Shown here piece by piece: positions 47,770-57,695 of a DNA stretch of 64,000 nucleotides. This stretch comes from an uncultured Nitrospirales bacterium (lineage in GTDB: Bacteria; Hydrogenedentota; Hydrogenedentia; Hydrogenedentales; GCA-2746185): the NCBI GenBank assembly GCA_964620045.1, contig CAZUJL010000001.1, positions 522,592 to 586,591 of the forward strand, given 5' to 3'. Positions within the stretch are counted from its first letter, which is position 1. Each line of letters starts with the position of its first letter. The translations under genes were made by a program, and so were the position numbers. The notes beneath the pieces were generated by a model. The model searched no databases and was not told where the DNA came from. It saw nothing but the letters and a program-made list of their open reading frames with translations.

Positions 47770-50286
47770 CTAGTCGCGGAACATCCTATTTTCCAGAACC
47801 ACCAGTTCCCCTTCCAGCGTGGTCTCGGAAATGACGTCGCCGTCGTTGTCGTTGTCGAAGTCGCCAATAACCAGTTGGGTAAGGCCGCCGGTGTTGAAGT
47901 GGTAAGGCTGGCTGAAAGTACCGTCGCCCTGACCCGCTGCGATCGCCAGGCCGGTGCTCTCCGACCAAATGACCGCATCAGGGATGCCTTCTCCTGTGAC
48001 GTCAACAGCATCGGCGTCCACATCGCCAAACAGGCTTCCTATCATCGCCTGAAATCCTGCAGAAAGTTCGAACATCCCTTTGGCATTCAGAATCAGCGAG
48101 TGGCCAAACAGGCGAGCTTGCTGCGGGAAAACCGACAAGTCGTTTAACGTCACGGACCCGGTGAACACATCGAGATCATCATCGGAGTCTAAATCGACAA
48201 CGGTTGTGGAAAGGACGATCCAGGGCACATTAATGTCCTGCACGTGCTGCAACGATCCGTCGCTCTGCCCGTAGAGGAGTGACACGATGGTTCGCTGTGC
48301 CCCATTTCCATTGCCAATCTGATCCCGGAACCGGACCATGTCAACACGGCCGTCGCCGTCAAAATCAGCGAATTCGTGCGGAAACCCGCCTTGCAATATG
48401 ACGCCGCTCCCGCCAGGGAACACAGGGATTTCGGACGTTACAGCGGATTCGAAGGTGCGGTTGGGGCCGCCGGGCCGCACAATGAATTGATCCATTTCGC
48501 CTGCCCGCTGATTGGTGACAAGGTCTAGTAATCCGTCGCCCGTGATGTCCACCATACCGATCAGAAACTCATCGCCGATATTGGCGACGGTCACGATCGG
48601 TTCAAACTCCATATTGCCCCGGCCATACGTCACGCGAATATCGCTGTTGAAAAACCAATACACCGAGTCGAGCTCGCCGTCCGCATCCAGATCGACCGCG
48701 CCTTCAAATGAAAAGTCGGGCGCGTCGGAGATTTGAATCAACGGCAGTGTGCGCAGATCGGCGTCGCCATAGTTGCGCAAAATACCCAGGTAGCGTTGGG
48801 CGCTTCCACCGAAGAAATCGATATCGTTGTCTACGTCTAAATCGATGGTCTGGTCAATGCGCACGCCGTTCAACGGAATGCGGGTTTCCGGCGAGAAAGT
48901 CCCATCTCCATTGCCCAACAGTAGACTTAAGTCGCCAGAGTCGGTGCTGTTTCTGATAACCAAATCAAGGTTGCCGTCATTGTCGACGTCGAACGGTTCG
49001 GTTGTATGGTTTCCGGGGCGCGGCCTATTGGTAAGCAGATCTCCCTCTGGATCCATCTCAATGAGCGCCGGCGATTCCTCCCGAAACGTGCCGTCGCCGT
49101 TCCCAAAATAAAACCGGAGAAAAGGTGCTCCGTCCGTCACGGTGATGAGCAAATCGAGGTTGCCGTCGCGATCGGCATCCATCGTCAGCGCGCGATTGGA
49201 TGTGATTGCATCAATGACCTGTAGTGCTGGGCTGAACGTCCCGTCGCCGATCCCCATCGCCAGAGCCAACACCGGCTCCGCGGTTCCGCGCCGGGTCGCC
49301 CGCCCACCCGTGATCACCAAATCGGGGATCGTATCGTCATTAAAGTCGGCGACGGCCAAAATGTCCGCGCCAACGAGCGCAGGCTCCACGGCGGAGGCCA
49401 ATGCCGCGCCAAACGTGCCGTCTCCCGTTCCCAGAAATGCAAGAATACCCTCGTCGTTTGACCAGCCTGCGATGTCCACATTCCCGTCACCATTCATATC
49501 GGCCGGTGCCGCCAGTACGTCTCCCGAAACATCGATTTCGTCCACCATGGCGCCAAACGTGCCATCCCCATTGGACAGTGCAATCGCCACACCGTTGACG
49601 TAATAGAAAAGAATGTCGTCGAAGCCGTCGAGATTGAGATCTTCCCCGTATAACGTGCCGAAATTGGAAGGCGACTGAACGTCGGCCGCCGGCTCGAAGC
49701 TTCCATTACCCTGATTGACGAGCGGCAGAATCTCGCCCGTTGAGTACCCCAACGACAACAGATCCTCAAAGCCGTCGCCGTTGATGTCCGCCCCGGCGAT
49801 ATCAGTGGTCACATCTGCAATCCCGACCAACCCCAGCAACTCGGCCTCCGCAAAGGTGTTGTCGCCGTTGCCGCGCAGAAGCGACCAGTCGTATGACAAA
49901 GAACCACGTGTATCGAAGTAAAGGAACGATACAATGTCGAGATTACCGTCGCCGTCGAAATCAGCAATCGCGCTGTTCTCGCCGATGCCTGGCAATGTCT
50001 CCGGACCAAAGATGTCGGTCTCTGATCCCGGCGCCAAATGCAACGCAGAATCTTCCCCGCCAACCCGTTCCTCGTAAAAAAATTCCGGTAACCCATCGTC
50101 ATTGAAGTCCGCCAACTGCATATCGCCCGTGCCATAGATGCGCATCTGCGTACCGACGAACATCAGCGGACCCGAAAACAGCGCCGCATCGGGACCGGAC
50201 GCGCCACCTCCGCCTCTCCCGCTGCCGCAACCTGTTAGCCCGAAAGCGGTTATCAGCAGTGCGATTCCGGCCCGTCGCATGGTCAT
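47770..50286 (-). CDS. Lipoprotein with ~15 FG-GAP/VCBS (integrin-alpha-like) repeats
   Basis: Lipobox LTGC. Repeated D-x-D/N-x-D-G-x-x-D motifs (DFDGDGNLDIV, DMNGDGNVDIAGW, ...). Start trimmed to MTMRRAG. Confidence 0.7.
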   Translation of the reverse strand: MTMRRAGIALLITAFGLTGCGSGRGGGGASGPDAALFSGPLMFVGTQMRIYGTGDMQLADFNDDGLPEFFYEERVGGEDSALHLAPGSETDIFGPETLPGIGENSAIADFDGDGNLDIVSFLYFDTRGSLSYDWSLLRGNGDNTFAEAELLGLVGIADVTTDIAGADINGDGFEDLLSLGYSTGEILPLVNQGNGSFEPAADVQSPSNFGTLYGEDLNLDGFDDILFYYVNGVAIALSNGDGTFGAMVDEIDVSGDVLAAPADMNGDGNVDIAGWSNDEGILAFLGTGDGTFGAALASAVEPALVGADILAVADFNDDTIPDLVITGGRATRRGTAEPVLALAMGIGDGTFSPALQVIDAITSNRALTMDADRDGNLDLLITVTDGAPFLRFYFGNGDGTFREESPALIEMDPEGDLLTNRPRPGNHTTEPFDVDNDGNLDLVIRNSTDSGDLSLLLGNGDGTFSPETRIPLNGVRIDQTIDLDVDNDIDFFGGSAQRYLGILRNYGDADLRTLPLIQISDAPDFSFEGAVDLDADGELDSVYWFFNSDIRVTYGRGNMEFEPIVTVANIGDEFLIGMVDITGDGLLDLVTNQRAGEMDQFIVRPGGPNRTFESAVTSEIPVFPGGSGVILQGGFPHEFADFDGDGRVDMVRFRDQIGNGNGAQRTIVSLLYGQSDGSLQHVQDINVPWIVLSTTVVDLDSDDDLDVFTGSVTLNDLSVFPQQARLFGHSLILNAKGMFELSAGFQAMIGSLFGDVDADAVDVTGEGIPDAVIWSESTGLAIAAGQGDGTFSQPYHFNTGGLTQLVIGDFDNDNDGDVISETTLEGELVVLENRMFRD

Positions 50287-50297
50287 TCTCCAATTTC

Positions 50298-50330
50298 GTA
50301 TAAGCGTAAAATACAATATAACGCTTATAC
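50298..50330. promoter_or_regulatory. AT-rich perfect palindrome (putative operator) immediately upstream of the FG-GAP lipoprotein gene
   Basis: gtataagcgt-aaaatacaatata-acgcttatac, i.e. 10-bp arms. About 12–45 nt upstream of the likely start. Confidence 0.35.
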
Positions 50331-50603
50331 ATTAATGTCAAGGCTGCGAACAGAGCCTCGCGCAGAGCCGGAATACTGGCTAACTTTCCAAATGGTTCCC
50401 GATTACTCCCACGGAAAATCTTGCCCACCTTGTTTCGCACGGCGCGGATTTGTGGCAAACGGTTCGAATCTCCAAGTCCATCAGCGCTGTCCACCAAATC
50501 ACCCTTGTCTAGCAACCGCTCCACTCCGCGCCGGAGTGCAACAAGCCGCAGCATATATAGGAAGAGAGACACTTCGGGCGCGGGTGTCGCCGCGCAGGGG
50601 TGG

Positions 50604-52079
50604 TCAGGCGCCGGTGCTGCCCAGCGACTGGATGAGACTCGCCTTGGTGGCGCCAAGCTGCGCGGAGAGCTGGACGTTGTAGATTTCGGGATTGCGCAGG
50701 CGCTTGTACTCTTCGGGAATGGCGGCGATTTGGTCCAGCGCGCGTTTGCGCAAAGCGTGGATATCGGGCGCGGGTGCAGTGGCACGGCCGTTTTCGAAAA
50801 CGGTCTGCAGGATATCCTCAGCCCGCGCGGTGCCGCGCAGCGACGTGGGCAAGTGCGGCAGGGCGCGCTGGCGGGTGGGAATGGTGCCGGAATCAGGCCG
50901 GGTCTCGTCTACGTCGAAAAGCACATCGCCAATCGGCTCGTTGCGATCGTTGTAATAGCGGACAAGATTTTTGCGGCTGGGATCGGTGGCCTTCGACATG
51001 TTCGACGATATTTTTATTTTCGACTGCCACTCTCCCCCACTCTGGATGGCAACGAGTTTATAGACGCCGTTCAGCGCGGGGCTGTCGTGCGAGGTAATCA
51101 AATGCGTGCCGACGCCCCAGGCATTGATCTTCGCGCCTTGACGCTTGAGGTCGGCGATGAGGTCTTCTTCGAGATCGTTCGAGGCCACGATCAGCGGATC
51201 GTCGAAGCCGGCATCGACCATTTTCCGGTGCGCGATCTTGCTGAGCTTGGCCAGATCGCCCGAATCAAGCCGAATCGCCGGACGCACCTCCACCCCGCCC
51301 TCGCGCATTTCGCGGAACACGCGGATGGCGTTGGGCACGCCGCTCTCGATCGTGTCGTAAGTATCGACCAGCAAAATCGGATTCTGCGGATAAAGCTTCG
51401 TAAACGCGCGGAAGGCGTCCAGCTCATTCTCGAAACTCATGACCCAGGAGTGCGCGTGGGTGCCCGCGACGGGAACACCGTACACTTTGCCGGCAAGCAC
51501 ATTGGAGCTGGAGCCGCACCCGCCGATGTAGGCCGCGCGCGAACCACTCAGGCCGCCGTCGGGCCCGTGTGCGCGGCGCAGGCCGAACTCCAGCACCGGT
51601 TCGCCCTGCGCGGCAAGACAAATGCGCGCGGCCTTCGTCGCGATCAGGGTCTGGTAGTTCATGAAATTCAGCAGCGCGGTTTCAATGAGCTGCGCTTCGA
51701 CGATGGACGCCTCGATCTGTACGATCGGTTCGTGCGGAAAAATCAGCGTGCCTTCGGGAACCGCGCGGACCGTGGCGCGCGGACGAAATGCGCGCAGGAA
51801 ATCGAGCGTGGCGTCGTCAAAACGCTTCAACGACTTCAGGTACGCGATATCGTCGTCCAGAAACTGCAGATGCGTCAGATAATCCAGAAATGGCTGCAAC
51901 CCTGCGCACACGGCGAAGCCGGAATTGGGCGGCAACGACCGGAAGAAGTATTCGAAGCAAACGCGCGTGTCGGCGCGGCCTTCCTTCAGATAGCCGGCGA
52001 TCATGGTGAGCTGGTAGAAGTCAGTCAGCAGCGCGAGGCCCTGGCGATCGTACCAGGGCTGATTGCCGCCGGGCATCAT
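50604..52079 (-). CDS. pncB: Nicotinate phosphoribosyltransferase
   Basis: LLTDFYQLTM; LEFGLRRAHG; GTHAHSWV. Trimmed to the MMPGGN start; the rest of ORF 50604..52598 is an artefactual extension. Confidence 0.8.
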   Translation of the reverse strand: MMPGGNQPWYDRQGLALLTDFYQLTMIAGYLKEGRADTRVCFEYFFRSLPPNSGFAVCAGLQPFLDYLTHLQFLDDDIAYLKSLKRFDDATLDFLRAFRPRATVRAVPEGTLIFPHEPIVQIEASIVEAQLIETALLNFMNYQTLIATKAARICLAAQGEPVLEFGLRRAHGPDGGLSGSRAAYIGGCGSSSNVLAGKVYGVPVAGTHAHSWVMSFENELDAFRAFTKLYPQNPILLVDTYDTIESGVPNAIRVFREMREGGVEVRPAIRLDSGDLAKLSKIAHRKMVDAGFDDPLIVASNDLEEDLIADLKRQGAKINAWGVGTHLITSHDSPALNGVYKLVAIQSGGEWQSKIKISSNMSKATDPSRKNLVRYYNDRNEPIGDVLFDVDETRPDSGTIPTRQRALPHLPTSLRGTARAEDILQTVFENGRATAPAPDIHALRKRALDQIAAIPEEYKRLRNPEIYNVQLSAQLGATKASLIQSLGSTGA

Positions 52080-52669
52080 GCGAATTCTTTCGACGTCACC
52101 AGGTGCGCGCCGGCTTCCTTCATCGTTTCGAGGGCGGTAGCGGTTGAACCAAGCGGGACATCGATGCCGCGACACGCGTCCGTGATCACGACGACGTCGT
52201 ATCCGAGCTTGCGCGCGTCCAGTGTGGTGTGTTTGACGCAGTAATCGGTGGCCATCCCGGCCAGGAAAATGCGCCGCACGCCCCAGCGCTGCAGCCGTGA
52301 ATCCAGATCGGTGCCTTCGAAGCCGCTGTACGCCTCTTTGTCCGGATGCACGCCCTTGCTGACGATGGCCGCCGCGAGCCCCGTGCGCAAGTCGGGATGA
52401 AACTCCGCGCCCGGCGTGTCCTGCACGCAGTGCTCGGGCCAACTCTTGTCGACGAACTGTGGGGCGTCGTCGAAACTGATGTGATCGAAGGGATGCCAGT
52501 CGCGTGTAAACACGACGCGATCGAAGTGCGGCATGATGCGATTGACGATAGGGACGACGCGGTGACCGTCCTTCACCGGCAACGCGCCCCCGGGGCAAAA
52601 ATCATTCTGCACGTCGACTACGATGAGGGCGTCGGTGGGCTCGGTGGTCATGGGACACAATTCTAGCAA
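52076..52669 (-). CDS. pncA: Nicotinamidase (isochorismatase family)
   Basis: ALIVVDVQNDFCPGGALPV; catalytic Cys in TDYCVKHT. Its stop overlaps the pncB start (ATGA). Confidence 0.8.
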   Translation of the reverse strand: MLELCPMTTEPTDALIVVDVQNDFCPGGALPVKDGHRVVPIVNRIMPHFDRVVFTRDWHPFDHISFDDAPQFVDKSWPEHCVQDTPGAEFHPDLRTGLAAAIVSKGVHPDKEAYSGFEGTDLDSRLQRWGVRRIFLAGMATDYCVKHTTLDARKLGYDVVVITDACRGIDVPLGSTATALETMKEAGAHLVTSKEFA

Positions 52670-52677
52670 AAAAGAAA

Positions 52678-52706
52678 GGCGGCCCTAAGCACGCTTAGGG
52701 CCGCCC
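52678..52706 (-). terminator. Rho-independent terminator of ilvB
   Basis: ggcggccctaagcacgcttagggccgcc with a T-run on the minus strand (rc of aaaaaagaaa). Confidence 0.55.
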
Positions 52707-52717
52707 CGATTGACGAT

Positions 52718-54565
52718 TTAGAACATCGAGGTGTCGCCGGTTTTGGACGCGCTGGGCGGCGGGGTCTCGCGCGGCGTGATGTAATCGCCCACAAGCATGT
52801 CTTTGTAACTTTTCCCGGGGCCGACCATCGGCATCACCATCGCAAACTTGTCGATCATGACTTCAAGGAACGCGGGCCCGGGGAAATTCACGAAGTCCTC
52901 CAGCGCTTTCTGCAGCTTGTTGCGCTCGCTCACGCGCTTGGCGAACTTGTAGCCGTCGGCCTCGGCGGCTTTCACGAAATCCTTCTGGTGCAGCGACTTG
53001 TCGGTGCCGGAGTAGCGCTCGTCGAACATCAGCGTCTGCCACTGGCGCACCATGCCGTCGCCGAGGTTGTTCAGCAGCAGCACCTTCACGGGGATGCCGT
53101 AGGTCGTGCAGGTTTCCAGATCGCCGAGGTTCATGCGGATCGAACCGTCGCCGTCAACGTCGATGACAAGCTTGTCCGGGCACGCGAGCTGCGCGCCGAT
53201 GGCCGCCGGCAAGCCGAAGCCCATCGTGCCCATCGAGCCCGACGTAAGCCACGTGCGCGGATTCTTGAAGTCGAAGTACTGCGCGGCCCACATCTGGTGC
53301 TGGCCGACGCCGGTGCTCACGATCGCCTCGCCCTTGGTGATCTTGTTGAGCACCTCGATCACTTCCTGCGGCTGGATGTCTCCGTCGCGCTTGTAATTGA
53401 ACGCGTGCCGTTTCTTCAGCGCGGCAACATGGTCGTGCCAGGGTTTAAACGATTTCTTGAAGCCTTTTCCGAAGTCGATCAGCTCGCGCAGTGTGCGCTT
53501 GCAGTCGGCCGTGTGCGCCCAGGTGACCTTTTTCACTTTGCCGATTTCGGCCGCATCGATATCGAGGTGCGCAATATTCCGCGCGTTCGGCGCGAACTCG
53601 TGCACTTTGCCCGCAACGCGGTCGTCGAAACGCGAACCCACGGCGATCAGGAAGTCGCAATCCTCGACGGCGTAGTTGGCATAGGCCGCACCGTGCATGC
53701 CGAGCATGTGGAGGCAATTCGCTTCGGTCGTATCAAGCGCGCCGATGCCGAGCAGCGTGGTGACGCCCGGCAGGCCGAATTTTGTGCAGAACTCGCGCAG
53801 TTCTTCAGCCGCGTTGCCGCCAATCGCGCCGCCGCCCGCATACACCAGCGGGCGCTCGGACTGGGCAAGCATCTGGAAGAAGCGATCCGCCATATCCTTC
53901 GAAAGCTTCACCGCATCGCTTTCGGCCTTGCGCTCGTCATAGCCGCGGAATTCGACCAGGCCTTCGCCGCGGAAGATGCCAAGGTGCTGCTGCACGTCCT
54001 TCGGAACGTCGATCACGACAGGGCCGGGGCGTCCGCTCCGCGCAATGTCGAACGCCGAGCGCACGGTGGCTTCGAGCTGCGACTCGTCTTTCACGAGGAA
54101 CACGTGCTTGGCACACGAGGTCATAATGTTGAAGATTGGCGCTTCCTGGAACGCGTCCTGCCCGATGGCCGCGCGCGGCACCTGGCCGGAGATCATGATC
54201 ATTGGGATGGAGTCGGCCATGCAGTCGCGCACCGGGGTGACGCAGTTCGTGGCGCCGGGACCGGAGGTCACAAGGCACACGCCGACGCGGCCGGAGGCGC
54301 GAGAGTACCCCGCGGCCATGAAGCCCGCGCCCTGTTCGTTCGCCGGCACAACAAGGTTAATCTGCTCCTTCTTGCCATGCGACGCGTTCCATTTGAAGAT
54401 GGCGTCGTAGGTCGGAAGGATCGCGCCGCCGCTGTAGCCGAAGATCGTGTCCACGCCTTCGTCGGCGAGTACCTGGATGATCATGTCGGCGCCGTCCATT
54501 TGCTTGCCGGCCATGGAGTGGCTGCTTTTCTCGTGCAATTTCGCGGGCTTTCGTGCTGTCGCCAT
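52718..54565 (-). CDS. ilvB: Acetolactate synthase large subunit (ThDP-dependent)
   Basis: TPP_enzyme N, M and C domains; 615 aa. Confidence 0.85.
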   Translation of the reverse strand: MATARKPAKLHEKSSHSMAGKQMDGADMIIQVLADEGVDTIFGYSGGAILPTYDAIFKWNASHGKKEQINLVVPANEQGAGFMAAGYSRASGRVGVCLVTSGPGATNCVTPVRDCMADSIPMIMISGQVPRAAIGQDAFQEAPIFNIMTSCAKHVFLVKDESQLEATVRSAFDIARSGRPGPVVIDVPKDVQQHLGIFRGEGLVEFRGYDERKAESDAVKLSKDMADRFFQMLAQSERPLVYAGGGAIGGNAAEELREFCTKFGLPGVTTLLGIGALDTTEANCLHMLGMHGAAYANYAVEDCDFLIAVGSRFDDRVAGKVHEFAPNARNIAHLDIDAAEIGKVKKVTWAHTADCKRTLRELIDFGKGFKKSFKPWHDHVAALKKRHAFNYKRDGDIQPQEVIEVLNKITKGEAIVSTGVGQHQMWAAQYFDFKNPRTWLTSGSMGTMGFGLPAAIGAQLACPDKLVIDVDGDGSIRMNLGDLETCTTYGIPVKVLLLNNLGDGMVRQWQTLMFDERYSGTDKSLHQKDFVKAAEADGYKFAKRVSERNKLQKALEDFVNFPGPAFLEVMIDKFAMVMPMVGPGKSYKDMLVGDYITPRETPPPSASKTGDTSMF

Positions 54566-54713
54566 GACTATCTCTCCTGAACGACTCGAAGGTCGCTGAT
54601 CATCGTATCGGCGATGGGTCCAAACCCATCCTACGCTGCCTGTGTTTCCATAAAGTAAGAGCGCCGCCTAACCTGGCGGCGCTCCGTGGATTCGTTAGTA
54701 CTGGTACTTATGC

Positions 54714-56555
54714 TTACTGGCCCGGAGCGTCCGTCTTGGAGGGTCCTACACCCTCGCCTGGTTTTACCTGCTTTTCCGAAGCACGGACCGCCGCCATCAT
54801 TTCGTTGGCCGCATCGGCAAGCGTGCCGCCGGCGCTGAGCATCGAGGCCGGAAGGGCGTCGCCCACCGCGTCGCGAATGCTGACCGGGGTGTCGTCACCG
54901 CTCTTGCCATACTGCTCGCGCAGCTTCACTTCCTCATTTTCCTTGAACGCACGGATGCTGAGGCCGATCTTCCGCTCGACTGCGTCGATGCTGATGACGC
55001 GCGCGGTGGCCTTCTCGCCAACCTTGAGCACATCTTCCGGCTTTTGCACATCGCGTGCGATTTCCGAGACGTGGATGAGGCCTTCGATGCCGCCCTTCAA
55101 GCGCGCGAACGCGCCGAACGACACGAGCTTGGCGATCTCGACTTCAAGGTCGACGCCGACGCGAATCTCGTCGATCAGCTTCTGCCACGGATCCGGCTGA
55201 AGCTGCTTGTACCCGACGCTGATCTTCTCGTGCGCGGGATCGATGGCAAGAATCTTGACCTCGATCTCCTGACCCTTCTCGAGAATCTCGGAGGGGTGAT
55301 TGACCTTCTGCGTCCAGGAAAGGTCGCTGACGTGCAACAGCGCGTCGATGCCTTCTTCGATCTGGACAAACGCGCCGTAGTCGGCGAGGTTGCGCACGGT
55401 GCCCTTCACAATGGTGCCGATCGGGTACTTGCGCTCGATCGCCATCCACGGGTTCGGCATCGTTTGCTTGATGCCGAGCGCGATCTTCTCTTCTTCCGGC
55501 GAAACGTTCAGCACCATCACGTCGATCGGCTGATCAAGCTGGACGACTTCGCTCGGGTGGCGCACGCGGCGGGTCCAGCTCATTTCAGAGACGTGGACCA
55601 TGCCCTCGATGCCTTCTTCAAGCTGCACAAACGCGCCGTAGTCCGTCATGCTGACAACCTTGCCATGCACGACCGTGCCGACCGGGTAGCGGCGCTCGAC
55701 CGACTGCCACGGGTTCGGCGACTTCTGCTTCAGGCCAAGGCTGATGCGCTCGGACTCCGAATCGAAGTGCAGCACCATGACCTCGATCTTGTCGCCGACC
55801 GAAACGACCTGCGAGGGGTGCTTCACGCGGCCCCACGACATGTCGGTCACGTGCAGGAGACCGTCGATACCGCCGACGTCGACGAACGCGCCGAAGTCGG
55901 TGATGTTCTTCACTTCGCCGCGGATAATCTTGCCGATTTCGATCGTCTTGAGGAGCTGTTCCTTCTCGCCCTTGCGCTGCTCTTCGAGGAGCTTGCGGCG
56001 GGAGACGACGACGTTGCGGCGGCGCTTGGTGAGCTTGATGATCTTCATTTCCATGGTCTGGCCGATGTAGCGATCGAGATCGCCGGTCGGACGCCACGTG
56101 AGCTGGCTGGCGGGCATGAACGCGTCGATACCGATATCGACCTTGAGTCCGCCCTTGACGCGACGGACGATCTTGCCGTTGATGACGCCGTCCTTCTCGT
56201 AGATTTCCTGGATATGCGCCCAGTTACGAATACGATCGGCCTTCTGCTTCGAGAGGACCGGCATACCGTGTTCGTCTTCCGGCGCTTCAATGTAAACATT
56301 GATCTCGTCGCCGACCTTCAGGTCGCCGATGGAGCCGAATTCGTTAAGGTCAATCGCACCTTCGCTCTTGTAGCCGATGTCGACCAGCACGCGATCGGAC
56401 GCGATTTCAACGACGCGACCTTTAACGACTTCACCCTCGCGGAAATCTTCCAGCGAGGCTTGGTACAGTGACGCGAGTTCCGCATCGGTAAATTCCTCGT
56501 CGCGGCCGAGATCGAAGGCCATGTCGAGGATATTGCCCTCTTGTTGATTTGACAT
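54714..56555 (-). CDS. rpsA: 30S ribosomal protein S1 (six S1 domains)
   Basis: Repeated S1 motifs (G.V.G.V..I..FGAFV.L..G..GL.H.S); 613 aa. Hairpin terminator at ~54655–54685. Confidence 0.85.
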   Translation of the reverse strand: MSNQQEGNILDMAFDLGRDEEFTDAELASLYQASLEDFREGEVVKGRVVEIASDRVLVDIGYKSEGAIDLNEFGSIGDLKVGDEINVYIEAPEDEHGMPVLSKQKADRIRNWAHIQEIYEKDGVINGKIVRRVKGGLKVDIGIDAFMPASQLTWRPTGDLDRYIGQTMEMKIIKLTKRRRNVVVSRRKLLEEQRKGEKEQLLKTIEIGKIIRGEVKNITDFGAFVDVGGIDGLLHVTDMSWGRVKHPSQVVSVGDKIEVMVLHFDSESERISLGLKQKSPNPWQSVERRYPVGTVVHGKVVSMTDYGAFVQLEEGIEGMVHVSEMSWTRRVRHPSEVVQLDQPIDVMVLNVSPEEEKIALGIKQTMPNPWMAIERKYPIGTIVKGTVRNLADYGAFVQIEEGIDALLHVSDLSWTQKVNHPSEILEKGQEIEVKILAIDPAHEKISVGYKQLQPDPWQKLIDEIRVGVDLEVEIAKLVSFGAFARLKGGIEGLIHVSEIARDVQKPEDVLKVGEKATARVISIDAVERKIGLSIRAFKENEEVKLREQYGKSGDDTPVSIRDAVGDALPASMLSAGGTLADAANEMMAAVRASEKQVKPGEGVGPSKTDAPGQ

Positions 56556-56688
56556 GAAACGGTGAAACCCTTCTTTTTATTGGGATTTATCCCGAACAGC
56601 GGGATAGCGAACCAGAGTAGCATTCGGCGGGACGGCCTTGCAAGCTTGTGGGTGCGCTGGACTTAGGGCTCCCAGCCTCTTTTCGGGC

Positions 56689-57477
56689 CTATTTCGGCAG
56701 GCGGCGGACCGAAAAGCCGGCCGTAATAAACCAGCCCGGCGCCTCGGAGGTAAGGCCAACGCCCGCCGCGAGGTCGAACTGCATGTTGTCGCGCAGCAGC
56801 CAGGTGAGGCCGCCGTCGATGCTGTGGGCGGGGCCGAGATCGTCGCTCAGCGGCGTGTCCCCAAAGACTTCGATGAACGCGCCCCAGCGCTCGGCGAAGT
56901 CGTAGCCCAACGCGGCGGTGTATTCGAGGCGCGCGGTGGTGTCGCGGCCGGTGCCGTCGTCTTCCTCTTCTGTGGCCCACGCGACGCCAAGGTTGTAGCC
57001 AAAGGAAAAATCGCGCGGGAGCGTGTGGCCAAAGGAAAACCGGAACGCCGGATCAAAGCGCTTGCTCGAGATGTCGTTGGAGCCGATGGGAAGCGTCGTG
57101 CCGACCAGCAACGCGGCCTCGGGGCGCCAGCCGTCTTCAGACCAGAGGCCAACCTTCGCGCCGAGCGCGGGATCGGCGAAGTCGCTCTCCGCGCCGCCGG
57201 CGAACTGTGTGGTGAGCGTCGGGATCTCGAAGCGCAGTTCGAGACGCTCGATCAGCCCATAGCGCGCCAGCAACGCCGGCGCTTCGAGGACTTCGTCGTC
57301 CGGCGAATCTTCGGAATACGACATGCCGAATTCGAGCTGCAGATGCTGGTGCGGCACGAGCGCGCTGGATTCCGTCTGGTCGGGGCGATCGGTATCGATA
57401 GGACCGGGCGATTCTTCGGCGCGGGCGGCCTCCAGCAGGCCGAACAGAAACAGGACGGGCGCGAGAATGCGAGACAT
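56689..57477 (-). CDS. Outer-membrane beta-barrel protein, MetA-pathway/transporter family-like
   Basis: Signal peptide; TDRPDQTES motif; alternating amphipathic strands; C-terminal F/W-rich strand. Confidence 0.5.
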   Translation of the reverse strand: MSRILAPVLFLFGLLEAARAEESPGPIDTDRPDQTESSALVPHQHLQLEFGMSYSEDSPDDEVLEAPALLARYGLIERLELRFEIPTLTTQFAGGAESDFADPALGAKVGLWSEDGWRPEAALLVGTTLPIGSNDISSKRFDPAFRFSFGHTLPRDFSFGYNLGVAWATEEEDDGTGRDTTARLEYTAALGYDFAERWGAFIEVFGDTPLSDDLGPAHSIDGGLTWLLRDNMQFDLAAGVGLTSEAPGWFITAGFSVRRLPK

Positions 57478-57695
57478 GGACGGCTCTCTGGGTGTTGCAG
57501 GTTCACTAAGTTAGTGTATATTTTATAAATTAGTCAAGATTAACTTTTAATGCACCATTCTTCATGACCGGTCGCGGTGCGCGGAGAGGTCCCCGCTTTC
57601 GCGGGGATGACATGTGCAGGGGTTGCCTTTTATGTTTGCGCTGTCCCGCGAAGGCACCCCGGCGTGGCCATTAAGCCCTTGCAAAGGCTATACTT

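Noticed and set aside
50455-50520. tRNA-like T-arm motif (ggttcgaatc ... cca) upstream of pncB
   Set aside because: Flanking bases do not form a T-stem, and no acceptor, D or anticodon arms can be folded. Coincidental match.
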